A DNA stretch of 64,000 nucleotides from Gemmatimonadota bacterium (lineage in GTDB: Bacteria > JAAXHH01): contig JAPOYX010000026.1 in assembly GCA_026706345.1 (NCBI GenBank), forward strand, positions 1,863-65,862, written 5' to 3'. Shown here in pieces: positions 39,508-51,901 of the stretch. The notes under the pieces were generated by a model. It searched no databases, was not told where the DNA came from, and worked only from the letters and a program-made list of their open reading frames with translations. Position numbers and translations under genes: made by a program. Position 1 is the first letter of the stretch. Every line of letters begins with the position of its first letter.

Positions 39508-42292
39508 CGGGCAGGGCGAAGGTAAAGGTGGCGCCGCCCGGGCCCGTGTCTTCGAGCCAGACTTCGCCGTGGTGTTCCGCGGCAATGGTCTGTATGGCAT
39601 AGAGCCCGAGTCCGGAACCGCCGGTCGTGGACACGCCCGGCCTGAAAAGTTCCTTGAGCACGGATTCCGGGATTCCGGGCCCCGTGTCGCGGACGTTGAT
39701 CAATACGTACCGACCGTCCTTCCGGCGCATCAGCCGGGGATATTGCGAAGCGAGGCCGAGCCGCGTGGAAACGTGGATGCGTCCGTTGTAGTCCATGACC
39801 TTCCAGGCATTGCCGGTCAGCTCGGTGATCACCTGGTCGATCTCCTCCACGTTGGCCTCCACGAAGGGGGGCGGGTCCGCGAGATCGAATTCCACCTCGC
39901 AGGTCTCGCCGATCACGCCGTCCATGACCGTACGCCGCACGATCTCGTTGATATCCACTTTCCGCTTCGGGGTGAGGGTCAGCTTGGTCAGGCGCTGCAT
40001 ATCCTCGGCGATCGCGGCGATACGGTCGATCTGTCCCCGGATCTTGTTCATGAGCTCCCCCGCCCGGCCGTTGTGCGGCGTCTCGTCGCCGATCTCCTGG
40101 TTGAGGTGCCTCAGGAAGATCTGCGTGGCCATCGCCGGTGTCTTCAGGGCGTGCAGCGTCCGCTGGGCCAGTTCGCTGCGCGCTTCGGCCCGGGTACGGT
40201 CGCGCAGGAGTTCCACGGTCTGGGAATTCGCGATGACCTGCGCAGCCAGCGCGCCTATGACGGTCATGAATTCAAGGTGGTCCCGGGTGATATCGTGGCG
40301 GGTGCGCATGTTGTCCGCCCCGATCAGGCCGTAGAACTGTCCCGCGATGACCAGCGGCACGGCCAGCCACGGCAGATCGTCGTCCTTGCCAAGCGCCGCC
40401 GCGTCGGGAGAGCGGCCATGGAACGCGGAATCGGCGGGGTCGAACCAACAGGCCGAGGGCCTGGTCCTGGATTGCCTGGCCACGAAGTCCGTGTAAGGAT
40501 TGTCCTTGATGATGATCGTATAGCCCGCGAAACCGTCCGGGTCGTCCATGCCGACCGAGTCGATGCCCACGAGTTTTCCTCCCGTTTCGTCGGCTTCGAA
40601 TATGCGCGCCCGGTCGAAGCCGGCCATCTGCACGCCGTGGAGAATGAGGCGCAGGTTCTTCTCCCTGGACAACTCGGTCTGCATCAGGGTCAGGATCTCC
40701 TGGATGGATTCCAGGGCCGTGCTGCGGTGGCGCTCGGTCTCCGACAGCGCGATGTTCGCGGCGGCGAGCCGGGCAAAGGGTTCCATTTCGCTCAGATGGC
40801 GCTCGTTTGGCGTGACCTGGCCGCTCTGGCTCCACAGGGTGAATACGCCCACGACCTTCTGATCGTACAGCAGCGGCATGACGACGATGGGCACGTCGAA
40901 TTTCAGTATACTCAGGGCGCGGGGGCTGATTTGGGGATCCGACTGCGGATCGACGCAGAGATAGCTCTTCCGGTCCCGGAACGCCTTGGTCGCCAGCGCC
41001 TTCTCGTCGAAACGGAAGCTCAGGCGGGAAAGATCGCCGTCGAAGCCCTCGCAACCGATGTAGGACAGGCAGTGGAGCATCTGGTCCGTGTAGTCTACGA
41101 TGTAGATGATGCCGTCCGTGAACCCGTAGATCGACCGCACGCTGACCAGAATCCGATTCAGGATCTCGTTGCGGGGCGGCGAATGTTCGACCAGGCGCTG
41201 GACGATCCCCCTGAACTGGGCTTCCCGTCCGACGACCTGGTAGGCGATCGCCGCGTAATGAGCGAGCCAGTGCAGCATCTCCAGGTCGTGGTCGTCAAAG
41301 GCGTCCGCCTCGTAAGATTCCACGCTCAGGATGCCGATGGGCCGGCCCTCGAACTGGAGCTTGACCGCGATCTGGCATTTCGTCCTGTCGTCTATGGCGT
41401 GATAGTCCGGGTCGACCGATACGTCCGGGACGCGGATCTCCGTAAGCGACGGATCGTCCCAGAGACGGCGCACGATACTGGGACTGTGGGCGGAACTTCC
41501 CGCCGGTAAGGTTGCCTCTCCCAGTTGAGCGGCGATGACCAGGTCGCCCAGTGTTTCGTTCCAGGAGACGAAGTCGCCCCGGTCGGCCCGAACCAGCGCC
41601 CGGCTGCGATGCAGGATCTCCTCTAGCATGGACGCGCGGTCGCGGGTCGTGTGGATGGCGTGCACCAGGTCGCGGTTGAGGGAGACCGTTCTGAGATGCT
41701 CCAGGACGACGACGATCTTGTTGGCCAGGATCCGGGCGATGTACTCGTCCGCCTCATCGAAGCCGTCCGACGAGAGCGGACCGCCCGGGCCATCCGAACC
41801 GCCCGAGCCGTCCGAGCCGTCCGGCGACTTCTTGTTCTCCACCTTGACGAGTCCCAGGACGACGTCCTTATGATCTTTGAGGGGAATGGCCAGGAGGGAC
41901 CGCAACTCCTTGCTGGCCAGGTACTCGCGTACGTTGCCGGAGTAGAAGGGACTGCGGGTGAGCTGCGTCCCGTGCAGGCGGACGATGTCGCCCTGGTCGG
42001 CGATATGCCCGGTCATGCCGCCCTTCGGGGCGCTGTGAATCTGCAACCGGACGGGCGACGGGTCGTCGTGGCCGGAAAGGTCCGAGTACTGCGCCGTCAA
42101 CACCAGTTCGTGGGGCGCGTCCTCCGGGACCAGGAAGATGCCGCAGTACTCGGCGTCGAGGAGATCGTGGACACACCGGGTCACCGTGCGCAGCGTGGCG
42201 CTATGATCCCGGTGGAACACGCTTCGCATCATCTGGTCGCTGGCCCTGGACAGCGCGAGGAGCTGGTCAACCGGTACGCTGGGTTCGTTCAT
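39479..42292 (-). CDS. Multi-GAF sensor histidine kinase
   Basis: 937 aa. H-box [12 protein letters not shown]. HATPase N and G boxes [16 protein letters not shown] and [18 protein letters not shown]. Several GAF-like segments lie upstream. Confidence 0.85.
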   Translation of the reverse strand: MNEPSVPVDQLLALSRASDQMMRSVFHRDHSATLRTVTRCVHDLLDAEYCGIFLVPEDAPHELVLTAQYSDLSGHDDPSPVRLQIHSAPKGGMTGHIADQGDIVRLHGTQLTRSPFYSGNVREYLASKELRSLLAIPLKDHKDVVLGLVKVENKKSPDGSDGSGGSDGPGGPLSSDGFDEADEYIARILANKIVVVLEHLRTVSLNRDLVHAIHTTRDRASMLEEILHRSRALVRADRGDFVSWNETLGDLVIAAQLGEATLPAGSSAHSPSIVRRLWDDPSLTEIRVPDVSVDPDYHAIDDRTKCQIAVKLQFEGRPIGILSVESYEADAFDDHDLEMLHWLAHYAAIAYQVVGREAQFRGIVQRLVEHSPPRNEILNRILVSVRSIYGFTDGIIYIVDYTDQMLHCLSYIGCEGFDGDLSRLSFRFDEKALATKAFRDRKSYLCVDPQSDPQISPRALSILKFDVPIVVMPLLYDQKVVGVFTLWSQSGQVTPNERHLSEMEPFARLAAANIALSETERHRSTALESIQEILTLMQTELSREKNLRLILHGVQMAGFDRARIFEADETGGKLVGIDSVGMDDPDGFAGYTIIIKDNPYTDFVARQSRTRPSACWFDPADSAFHGRSPDAAALGKDDDLPWLAVPLVIAGQFYGLIGADNMRTRHDITRDHLEFMTVIGALAAQVIANSQTVELLRDRTRAEARSELAQRTLHALKTPAMATQIFLRHLNQEIGDETPHNGRAGELMNKIRGQIDRIAAIAEDMQRLTKLTLTPKRKVDINEIVRRTVMDGVIGETCEVEFDLADPPPFVEANVEEIDQVITELTGNAWKVMDYNGRIHVSTRLGLASQYPRLMRRKDGRYVLINVRDTGPGIPESVLKELFRPGVSTTGGSGLGLYAIQTIAAEHHGEVWLEDTGPGGATFTFALPVAGTGGSDR

Positions 42293-42863
42293 ACTCCGCT
42301 ATGTCATCCTCGTATTGCAGGGTCCAGCCGATTTCGTCCAGACCCTTCAGGATAAAGGTCTTGCGAAAGGGATCGACCTCGAACCGGTCGGAGGCGCCGT
42401 CCGGTTCGGTGACGACCTGCCGTTCGAGGTCCACCGAAACGGTATAGCGGGGCTGCTCCGCGGCGCTTTCGAGCATGCGGCGCACGGTATCGGCGGGCAG
42501 CACGACGGGAAGCAGGCCGTTCTTGAAGCAGTTATTGTAGAAGATGTCCGCGAAGGACGGCGCGATGATCACGCGAAAGCCGTAGTCCTGCAACGCCCAG
42601 GGCGCGTGCTCCCGGGAACTACCGCAGCCGAAATTGTCCCCCGCGACCAGGATCGTCGCGCCCCGGTACCGGTCTTCGTTGAGCACGAAACCGGGGTTGG
42701 GGGAACCGTCGGCCGTGAAACGCCAGTCGTAGAACAGGAACTGGCCGAAGCCGGTGCGCTCGATGCGCTTCAGGAACTGCTTGGGGATGATCTGGTCCGT
42801 ATCCACGTTGATCCGGTCCAGCGGGGCGACCAGGCCGGTGTGCCGGGTAAAGGATTCTGCCAT
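42267..42863 (-). CDS. leuD: 3-isopropylmalate dehydratase small subunit
   Basis: 198-aa LeuD-like sequence ([20 protein letters not shown]), adjacent to leuC. Confidence 0.85.
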   Translation of the reverse strand: MAESFTRHTGLVAPLDRINVDTDQIIPKQFLKRIERTGFGQFLFYDWRFTADGSPNPGFVLNEDRYRGATILVAGDNFGCGSSREHAPWALQDYGFRVIIAPSFADIFYNNCFKNGLLPVVLPADTVRRMLESAAEQPRYTVSVDLERQVVTEPDGASDRFEVDPFRKTFILKGLDEIGWTLQYEDDIAEYERTQRTG

Positions 42864-42887
42864 GCGAGGCTCCGTTTCCGGGTTGCC

Positions 42888-44288
<1,401 letters not shown>

Positions 44289-44651
44289 GGATGTTCCCCG
44301 GTAATCACGAACGGCGAACCGGCGCGGGCCTCTTCCCCTGAACCAGAGCGCCGGCAAGTCCCGAAATGGCCCTTAAAGACTGTAAATTCATATGCTTACG
44401 CCCGCTTGACAGCTCCGCGGGCCAACGCATCCAATATAGCCCTGGAGGCGGGCTCGGGGCAAGCAAAAAGTCCATGGTCCCCCGGGCCGATGAACCGGCC
44501 GGCGGACCGCCCCGTCAGCGGCCCCCAAGGCACGCCAATCTCCTTGACAGGAAGAGTCCGATTCTCTATATTGTCAAGGGTCGCAATTTGTTATTGGAAA
44601 TACCTAAACGATTGCTTGTGATGACCCGGTTTTTGTTGCAGCAATTTCAAA

Positions 44652-45962
44652 GTGTTATGTGATATGCGTATCGAACAGGTGCGTCCGGACAGCATTGCGG
44701 AGCATGTCGGCCTGGTGCCAGGGGACCGGTTGATCCGGATCAATCAGGCCCGGGTCAGGGATTCCCTCGACTACCGGTTCTGGTCCAGCGAGGACGTGCT
44801 TGAGCTCGACGTGCTCCAGGTGAACGGAAGCCGGGTGCTGATCGACGTGGAAAAGGATCCGGACGAGGACCTGGGGCTGTCTCTGCACGAACCGCCCTAC
44901 CAGTCCTGTGCCAACAAGTGCGTGTTCTGCTTCATTCATCAGAACCCGAAGGGCATGCGCAAGGCCGTCTACTTCCAGGACGAGGACGTGCGCCTCACGT
45001 TCCTGTACGGTAATTATGTTACGCTGGCCTTCGCATCCGACGCCTACCTCGAACGCATCATCGTCCAGCGCCTGAGCCCGATCTACGTGTCGGTCCACGC
45101 CACGGACCCGGAGCTGCGCCGGATGCTGCTGGGCGCACCCAAGGCGAAGGACGTCATGCCCATCCTCAGGCGGCTGGCGGAGGGCGGCATCCTGATCGAG
45201 ACGCAGATCGTCCTCTGTCCCGGACTCAACGACGGTCCCGCGCTCCGCAAGACCGTGGACGACCTGGCCGAACTGTATCCGGCGGTGGAGTCGATCTCCA
45301 TTGTGCCCGTCGGTCTCACCGGACACCGCCAGGGACTGTACCGCCTCGAGCCGGTAACCGTGGATTACGCCCGGCGCATGATCGACACGATCGGCGCCTG
45401 GCAGGATGAGCTCCGCGAACGGCTGGGCCATCCGCTGGTCTACCTGTCCGACGAATGGTATCTGATGTCTTCCACACCCCTGCCGCCGCCGTCCTTCTAC
45501 GAGGACTGCCCCGTCGTGGAGAACGGCGTCGGCATGGTCACGCAGTTCGAAGCCGATATGGCCGGGCAGACCCGGACGCTGCCCGAACGGGCGGCCGAAC
45601 CGCTCCGGACGACACTCGTCACAGCCGAACTGGCACAGGACGTCGTGAGGAAGTCGCTGGTGGAGCCGCTGAACCGGGTGGAGCGCGTCGACGCGAATCT
45701 GGTCGTCGCGCAGAACACCTTTTTCGGACCGGGCATCACCGTGTCGGGACTGCTGACCGGCCAGGACATCCTTCACGCGCTGAAGGACGAGGAAGTGGGG
45801 GACCGCGTGTACCTTCCGCCCAACGTCCTGAACGACGACGGACTGCTGCTGGACGATATGACCCTGTCCGGGCTGAGCGAGCGGGTCGGCGCGCCGGTGG
45901 AGCTGTTCCCGGAATTAATGGGAGAGCTTCCCGGTCTTCGCTCCGCGGCCGGACCGCGCTGA
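44652..45962 (+). CDS. DUF512 family protein (PDZ domain plus Fe-S-type Cys cluster), conserved neighbour of der
   Basis: The CANKCVFCF cysteine cluster after a PDZ-like N-terminus. The gene sits immediately upstream of der, as is typical. Confidence 0.65.
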   Translation: MLCDMRIEQVRPDSIAEHVGLVPGDRLIRINQARVRDSLDYRFWSSEDVLELDVLQVNGSRVLIDVEKDPDEDLGLSLHEPPYQSCANKCVFCFIHQNPKGMRKAVYFQDEDVRLTFLYGNYVTLAFASDAYLERIIVQRLSPIYVSVHATDPELRRMLLGAPKAKDVMPILRRLAEGGILIETQIVLCPGLNDGPALRKTVDDLAELYPAVESISIVPVGLTGHRQGLYRLEPVTVDYARRMIDTIGAWQDELRERLGHPLVYLSDEWYLMSSTPLPPPSFYEDCPVVENGVGMVTQFEADMAGQTRTLPERAAEPLRTTLVTAELAQDVVRKSLVEPLNRVERVDANLVVAQNTFFGPGITVSGLLTGQDILHALKDEEVGDRVYLPPNVLNDDGLLLDDMTLSGLSERVGAPVELFPELMGELPGLRSAAGPR

Positions 45963-45992
45963 ACCCAGGCCGCAACAGGACGACAAACCGCC

Positions 45993-47318
45993 ATGTCTTC
46001 TGTCATCGCCATCATAGGCCGTCCCAACGTGGGCAAGTCGGTGCTGTTCAACCGGATGATCGGCCGCCGCGACGCTATCGTGCACGACGCCCCGGGCATC
46101 ACGCGGGACCGGCACTACGCCGAGGCGGACTGGTTCGGGAAGAAGTTCACCGTGGTGGACACGGGCGGCCTGGTCCCGGAATCCGACGAACCCATGGAGG
46201 CGGCCATCGAACAGCAGGCCCGGCTGGCCGTCAGCGAAGCCGACGTGATCCTGCTGGTCACGGACGTCCGCACGGGCATCACGCCCCTGGACCAGAAGGC
46301 GGCCGAAGTCGTCCGAAGGGCCGGCAAGCAGGTCATCGTCGTCGCCAACAAGGTGGACAGCGGCGCGCAGGAGAACCACGCCTACGAATTCGGCGCCCTG
46401 GGGTTGGGCGAGCCCATGATGATCTCCGCCCTGAAGGGACGGAATACCGGCGACCTGATGGATATGCTGGCTGAACATATGCCCGAACCCGCCCCCGTCG
46501 TCGAAGAGGAAGACGGCGCGATCAAAGTGGCGATCGTGGGCAAGCCGAACGTGGGGAAGTCGTCCCTGGTCAACGCCATCGTGGGCCGGGACACCGTGAT
46601 CGTATCCGACGTCCCCGGTACGACGCGGGACTCGGTGGACACGCGGATCACCCGGCAGGGCGTGAAGTACAACCTGATCGATACCGCCGGCCTCAGGCGC
46701 CGGTCCCGGATTAAGAGCGACATAGAGTTCTACAGTTTCACGCGCACGATGCGGAGCATAGCGCGCTGCGACGTGGCGGTACTGCTGGTGGACGCCGTCG
46801 ACGGCCTGGCCACGCAGGAGCAGCGGATCGTCTCGCAGGTGGACGAGGCGGGGAAGGGGCTGGTCATCGCCTTCAACAAGTGGGACCTGGTGGACTGGAC
46901 CGAGCATCCGACGGAGGCCTACGCCCAGACGGCCAGGGAGTATCTCCGGTTCGCCGACTACGCGCCGATCCTGTTCGTTTCGGCCGAGACCCGCCGCGGG
47001 GTGACCCAGATCATGCAGAAGACGCGCCACGTCCACGAAATGCGTTCGCTCCGGGTGTCCACCGGCGAGCTGAACCGCGTCGTGGAAAGCATCACGGCCT
47101 ATTATCCGCCCCCGGCCGCGCCGGACGGAGGGGCGACCCGGATCCTTTACTGCACGCAGGTACAGATCGCTCCGCCCACCTTCGTGTTTTTCGTGAACCA
47201 TCCGGACGCGGTACCGGATTCGTACAGGCGGTACCTGTCGAACCGGCTCCGGGAGGCCTTCGTATTCGAGGGTTCGCCCATACGGGTGCTGATCCGCGGA
47301 CGGGAAGGGAAACGATGA
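45993..47318 (+). CDS. der: Ribosome biogenesis GTPase Der (EngA), tandem GTPase domains
   Basis: Two G1 motifs IAIIGRPNVGKSVLFN and VAIVGKPNVGKSSLVN, with DTGG/DTAG and NKxD motifs and a KH-like C-terminus. Confidence 0.9.
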   Translation: MSSVIAIIGRPNVGKSVLFNRMIGRRDAIVHDAPGITRDRHYAEADWFGKKFTVVDTGGLVPESDEPMEAAIEQQARLAVSEADVILLVTDVRTGITPLDQKAAEVVRRAGKQVIVVANKVDSGAQENHAYEFGALGLGEPMMISALKGRNTGDLMDMLAEHMPEPAPVVEEEDGAIKVAIVGKPNVGKSSLVNAIVGRDTVIVSDVPGTTRDSVDTRITRQGVKYNLIDTAGLRRRSRIKSDIEFYSFTRTMRSIARCDVAVLLVDAVDGLATQEQRIVSQVDEAGKGLVIAFNKWDLVDWTEHPTEAYAQTAREYLRFADYAPILFVSAETRRGVTQIMQKTRHVHEMRSLRVSTGELNRVVESITAYYPPPAAPDGGATRILYCTQVQIAPPTFVFFVNHPDAVPDSYRRYLSNRLREAFVFEGSPIRVLIRGREGKR

Positions 47319-47758
47319 GCAAGCTGTATTATTCCAGCAGCGAAGTCTCGACCATGCTCGACCTGGAGCCGTCCGTACTCCGGTTCTGGGAAGATCAGTT
47401 CGGTCAGCTCCGAATCAAGCGGAACCGCGCCGGCAAGCGGATGTACCGGGAGAAGGACATCGAGCTGATCCGCGCGATCAAGCAGCTCACCCGGGACGAG
47501 GGATACACCATAGCCGGCGCCAGGAAGAAGCTCCAGGAATCCGCGGCGGACCGCGCCGCGGCAAAGGCGGACCGTGGCGCGGAACAGACCGGCCGAACCG
47601 CGGAAAAAGCGGATCCCACCGCGGCAAAAGTTGACCGAACCACGGAAAAGGCCGACCGCGACGCGGAAAGGAGGGCGCCCCCCGAATCCGCCTCCGAATC
47701 CGAAGTCATACAGTGGATCCGATCCCGCCTGATCGATATGCGGGAAATGATGGACTAG
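47315..47758 (+). CDS. MerR-family transcriptional regulator with a low-complexity Ala/Lys/Asp-rich C-terminal tail
   Basis: N-terminal HTH YSSSEVSTMLDLEPSVLRFWEDQFG. Its ATG overlaps the der stop (ATGA). The C-terminal tail has imperfect AEKADR-like repeats. Confidence 0.7.
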   Translation: MSKLYYSSSEVSTMLDLEPSVLRFWEDQFGQLRIKRNRAGKRMYREKDIELIRAIKQLTRDEGYTIAGARKKLQESAADRAAAKADRGAEQTGRTAEKADPTAAKVDRTTEKADRDAERRAPPESASESEVIQWIRSRLIDMREMMD

Positions 47759-47787
47759 GATCATGCATCCTGTGTGAGGAAACGGTC

Positions 47788-50475
47788 ATGATCGTCTCTC
47801 TTCCACGTCCGTCATCCCGGGTATTGCCCGCCTTGCTGTTTTTCCTATTGTCTCACTTTGTTCACCCCGCCTGCGACAGTGCCCGCGGGGAACCGCCTTC
47901 GCCACAGGAAATCGCTGCCACAGCCATCGCGGACGGCGCAGGTGACACAACCGAAGCTCCGGTTCTCCGCGGCGGCGCGGCCCAAGACCGCGTGATCGAC
48001 GGCGGCGCCATCGAACGCGCCCTGGGGGAACTTTACGAGCTGCTGAACGACCGGGACATCGGCGACAATCCCCTCGAGGAGATCCGCGAAGAAAACGCTC
48101 CTTCCCTGGCTGAACGATTCGACGATGCCCGGATCAGACTGAGGAAGCGACACGCGGTCGACAGTCTCCTCGTGCACCCCGAAGTCCGGCTCAGCGTTTT
48201 CATCGAAGAGGAAGACCGGCTTTCGGCCGAACTGTGGAAAGTCCATTTCGCTCCGGACGGGAATGGCTGGAAGACCGGCCGGTACGAGTCGCTGCTGACC
48301 GCCCGTCTCGGCTTCCGGTTCTCGCTCCGCGAGGACGAGGTCTACGCCTTCGACCGCCTGACGATCGAGGGACCTGCCTGTGTATTCGACATCGAAGACG
48401 GCCTGCTGATGCCCGGGTTTTCCGGAGACCGCATAGGGCGCGTGGTTCTCATGGGCGCGGGCCGTTTCACCTTCACGCCGCCGGACCGGGTCGAGCGCCA
48501 GCAGATGAACAAGTACGCCCGCACCACCGACGCGGTGTACACGACCCGGTTCGAACGGATCGTGCTGATCCTTTCTCCTGAGGGCTACGAGAAACTGGTG
48601 GAAGGCGTCGTGCTGTCCCGCGTCAAGGGCGGCCGGGCCTTCGACCGGGCGGAAGCCCTGATGAAACGCGTCGACAGAGACTACCTGATGGACATGAAGC
48701 CCGCCCGGAAACGCTTCTCGCTGGCCCACTCGCATCCGGCGTTTCTCCAGGCGGAAATCGACCTCGCGGAATCGGACCGGTGGCTGGTCTACACGTACAG
48801 CCCCTATGAATCGGAAGCGGTCAGCCTGGTGCAGAAGAGCGGTTTTCCCAGGAATCCGCATATCAGTCCCCCCGTGGTGTGGTGCCGTTTCGGGGTGGAC
48901 CGGACGGACGCCACCGGAAAGGACGAGAAGGTCCGCGGTCCGCTGCTGTCCGTGGATCACTACGGGATCTCCGGGACGCTGGAGAAAAACGGGAAGCGCA
49001 TGCGGCTGAAGACGATTCTGGACATCACGGCCAGGGCGGACACGCTCACCGCGGCGACTTTCACGCTGAATCCGGCCTTCGACGTCTTTCGCGTGGATTA
49101 CGCCGACGGCCGGGGCGCCCTGTTCACGAGACAGGGGACCTATCGCACCATTCCGTTTCTCCAGCCTGTCCCGAGGGACAGCACCACCACGCTGACCCTG
49201 TGGTACGAAGGGGACGTCTTCCGGGACGGCGGCGGAGACTTCTTCGGCCTGTTGAACAACCAGCAGTGGCTGCCCGTGCATTCCAACGAGGACCTGTACA
49301 CTTTCGACCTGGAACTGCGCTACCCGGAAAAGCTGGCCGTGGCGACGACGGGCGCCGCGGTGGACGGGTACGTGGAGGGCGACACGCGGGTATCCCGGTG
49401 GCAGCGCCGGCATCCGGTGTCATCGCTGGGCGTCACCTTCTCCGAGAACCGTACCCGGTCGGTTTCCGTGGGTGAAGTCGAGTTGTCCTTCAGCGTGGAT
49501 AAAGACCGGCGCAAGAGTGATTCGAGTACGGAGCGGATCATCCGACATATCGGTCCCGCGCTCGATTTCTTCGGCGGCATCTTCGGTCCCTATCCCTACG
49601 GGAAGCTCGACATCATCCAGATGCCCGACGACTACGAATTCGGCCGGGCGCTGCCGTCGATGCTGATGCTGTGGGGCCTGTATTTCCAGGATGCCTTCAG
49701 CCTGGACGCGAATCTGCACGCCCACATGTACACGGAAGTGCAGCATATCTTCCGCGGCTTCCTGGCCCATGAGCTCGCCCACCAGTGGTGGGGCGGCGCC
49801 GTGATCCCGAAGACGTATCGCGACGCCTGGCTTTCGGAGGCCATGGCGACGTATGCGGCAGACCTGTTCATCGAACGCGAGATCGGCGGCGACGGATTCC
49901 GGGAGATGCTGGAGCGGCACACGGACCAGGCGCTCTTCGCCGACCGGCACGGCGCCGTCGACCTGGGTCGCCGGCTCAGGGAAAACTACCAGGCCATCGT
50001 CTACGAGAAGGGCGCCATGGTGCTGCACATGCTGCGGCGCACCATAGGCGACGAACACTTTATGGCCGCGCTCTCCCGTTTCTACCGGGACAATGTGGGC
50101 AAGGTGGTGACCACGGAGGACTTCGAGGCGGCGGTGGAAGCGGTCGCCGGCCGGGAGATGGACTGGTTCTTCGACCAGTGGATCCGGCGCACGGGCTATC
50201 CGGTCTACCGGGTGTATCACACCACCAGTAAGAGAGACGGCGGTGAGGGGGCCGGGAAGGTGTTTACGGTGCGGGGACAGTTACTGCAGGAACAGGAAAG
50301 GGAAGTCTTCCAGGCGATCGTGCCCCTGGTCTTCGAACTGGAAAACGGGGACCGGATTACCCGGGAAATCTGGAATACCCAGAAGCGGCAGACCTTCGAG
50401 TACGCGGTGCCGGACGGAGTAAAGCGCATCCTCATCGCACCGGACTATTCCGTGTATTTCAAGACGGCCAGGTAG
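47788..50475 (+). CDS. Secreted M1-family (aminopeptidase N-like) zinc metallopeptidase
   Basis: Signal-peptide-like N-terminus MIVSLPRPSSRVLPALLFFLLSHFVHPA. Gluzincin motif HELAHQWWGG followed by WLSEAMATY (the third zinc ligand Glu). Confidence 0.75.
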   Translation: MIVSLPRPSSRVLPALLFFLLSHFVHPACDSARGEPPSPQEIAATAIADGAGDTTEAPVLRGGAAQDRVIDGGAIERALGELYELLNDRDIGDNPLEEIREENAPSLAERFDDARIRLRKRHAVDSLLVHPEVRLSVFIEEEDRLSAELWKVHFAPDGNGWKTGRYESLLTARLGFRFSLREDEVYAFDRLTIEGPACVFDIEDGLLMPGFSGDRIGRVVLMGAGRFTFTPPDRVERQQMNKYARTTDAVYTTRFERIVLILSPEGYEKLVEGVVLSRVKGGRAFDRAEALMKRVDRDYLMDMKPARKRFSLAHSHPAFLQAEIDLAESDRWLVYTYSPYESEAVSLVQKSGFPRNPHISPPVVWCRFGVDRTDATGKDEKVRGPLLSVDHYGISGTLEKNGKRMRLKTILDITARADTLTAATFTLNPAFDVFRVDYADGRGALFTRQGTYRTIPFLQPVPRDSTTTLTLWYEGDVFRDGGGDFFGLLNNQQWLPVHSNEDLYTFDLELRYPEKLAVATTGAAVDGYVEGDTRVSRWQRRHPVSSLGVTFSENRTRSVSVGEVELSFSVDKDRRKSDSSTERIIRHIGPALDFFGGIFGPYPYGKLDIIQMPDDYEFGRALPSMLMLWGLYFQDAFSLDANLHAHMYTEVQHIFRGFLAHELAHQWWGGAVIPKTYRDAWLSEAMATYAADLFIEREIGGDGFREMLERHTDQALFADRHGAVDLGRRLRENYQAIVYEKGAMVLHMLRRTIGDEHFMAALSRFYRDNVGKVVTTEDFEAAVEAVAGREMDWFFDQWIRRTGYPVYRVYHTTSKRDGGEGAGKVFTVRGQLLQEQEREVFQAIVPLVFELENGDRITREIWNTQKRQTFEYAVPDGVKRILIAPDYSVYFKTAR

Positions 50476-50539
50476 TGCCGACCGTGATGCTGGTCCGGCA
50501 TTGATCTTTCCGGTCTGACGGCCGCCGTGCCCGCGCACG

Positions 50540-51376
50540 TTACTCGGGCACCGGCCTCTCCACCCTCGCACGATTCGCTTCCGGCGTGTCGGGATACCGC
50601 GTGATCAGACGCTGGTACACGTAGCCGGCCTCCACGTCGCGTCCCGCCTGCCGCAGGCACTGTCCCGCCTGCAGGAGGACCTTTTCCAGCCCTTCTGCTC
50701 CGGGGAACTCCACTTCGAATTTCAGGTACTGACGGGCGGCTTCGATGAGGTCGCCCTGGTCGCGGTAACTGTCCGCTATCGCCAGGCGCGCCGAACGAAC
50801 GAGCGTCGAATCGGGTTGCGAGGCAAGGAGTTGCTGGAATACCATGCGAGACAGTTCCGGCCGCCGTCCGGCCAGGAGCGCCTTGCCCAGGAGAAAACGC
50901 GTTTCATCCTTCAGTTCCGAATCCGGATAGGCTTTCAGGAGCCGGTTGCAGGCGTTGACCGCGTCGTCGTGTCGTTCCAGGTCGAACTGTATGCGGGACA
51001 CTTCGAGCAGCGCGTCGTCCGCCAGAACGTGATCCGGGTCGTGGAGCAGTACCTGCAGGTAGTATTGTTCCGCGGCCTCCCGATCCGGGTCCAGGCGTCC
51101 CAGGTGGAAGAGCGCCACCGGTTCCCGGGGCTGGTCTTCCAGTATACGCAGGAAGGCGTCGCGGGCCCGGTCGTGCCGGCCTGCCTCGTAGAAGGCTACC
51201 GCTTCGCCAAGCGATATGGTGGGGGTCTGCTGCGAGGTTTCGGCAACGGCCGTATCCTGCGCCGCGACCAGGAAAGTGCAGAGGCACATCGCCCACCTGG
51301 ACAGATTCAGACGGGCAAGAGTTGCAAATTTCGACAGGACGGCGGGGGTGTGACAGCCCGCCTTCGTTTCACTCAT
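50540..51376 (-). CDS. Tetratricopeptide-repeat protein with an N-terminal signal/anchor
   Basis: Repeated TPR-like helical units (EAEQYYLQVLL, AARQYLKFEVEF and others), with a hydrophobic N-terminus. Confidence 0.6.
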   Translation of the reverse strand: MSETKAGCHTPAVLSKFATLARLNLSRWAMCLCTFLVAAQDTAVAETSQQTPTISLGEAVAFYEAGRHDRARDAFLRILEDQPREPVALFHLGRLDPDREAAEQYYLQVLLHDPDHVLADDALLEVSRIQFDLERHDDAVNACNRLLKAYPDSELKDETRFLLGKALLAGRRPELSRMVFQQLLASQPDSTLVRSARLAIADSYRDQGDLIEAARQYLKFEVEFPGAEGLEKVLLQAGQCLRQAGRDVEAGYVYQRLITRYPDTPEANRARVERPVPE

Positions 51377-51665
51377 CGAGGGGGACCCGAAGGGCCTCTT
51401 TCAAAAGTTTTCCAGGTTTGAAACGGGTCTTTTTTCCGGCCGGAACGTAAACGATGGCGCTCGTGCGGGGATTGCGCGCGGAGGTACGGGCCTTGGTGTC
51501 CTTCACCTCGAAAACGCCGAACCCACGGATCTCGATTCGATCTCCCTGGACGAGCGAATCCCGCATGGCCACGAACGTCTGGTCGACAACGGGAAAGACC
51601 TGTTCTTTCTTCAATCCCAGGCGCTTGCTGATCTGTTCCACCAACTCCTTCTTGGTGGTGGTCAT
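51369..51665 (-). CDS. HU/IHF family DNA-binding protein
   Basis: 98 aa ending GFGVFEVKDTKARTSARNPRT (the HU/IHF beta-arm signature). Confidence 0.85.
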   Translation of the reverse strand: MTTTKKELVEQISKRLGLKKEQVFPVVDQTFVAMRDSLVQGDRIEIRGFGVFEVKDTKARTSARNPRTSAIVYVPAGKKTRFKPGKLLKEALRVPLDE

Positions 51666-51901
51666 GGAGGACCTCCTCCCTGCAACGGGACCGCCGGCCG
51701 GAACCGGACGCTATCCCTATGCAGTCTTTTAACTTAACAACGCCGCACCGTATACTATAGACCGGCAGCCGCCGTGTCAAAGGATTTCGATTTCACCCCC
51801 TCCCGGCACCACGATGCGCCCGGAATTCGAGTCCGGTCTTCCATGCTTGCGTGAGGCGAGGCTGATTCGGCCACTTCACGTGCGGCAGCCATTCCGACAA
51901 C

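Noticed and set aside
38036-41509. 1157-aa plus-strand ORF spanning the response regulator and histidine kinase loci
   Set aside because: Antisense to two genes with unambiguous two-component motifs. The composition is typical of high-GC shadow ORFs (Arg/Gly/Val/Asp-rich) with no motifs.
44655-45776. 373-aa minus-strand ORF overlapping the DUF512 gene
   Set aside because: Shadow ORF opposite a conserved der-linked gene, with no recognisable motifs.
47845-49413. 522-aa minus-strand ORF overlapping the M1 peptidase gene; and similar ORFs at 61096-62400 (-) and 59999-61111 (-)
   Set aside because: Antisense to genes with clear signatures (HEXXH...E; SPDG beta-propeller blades), and amino-acid composition characteristic of GC-rich antisense frames.
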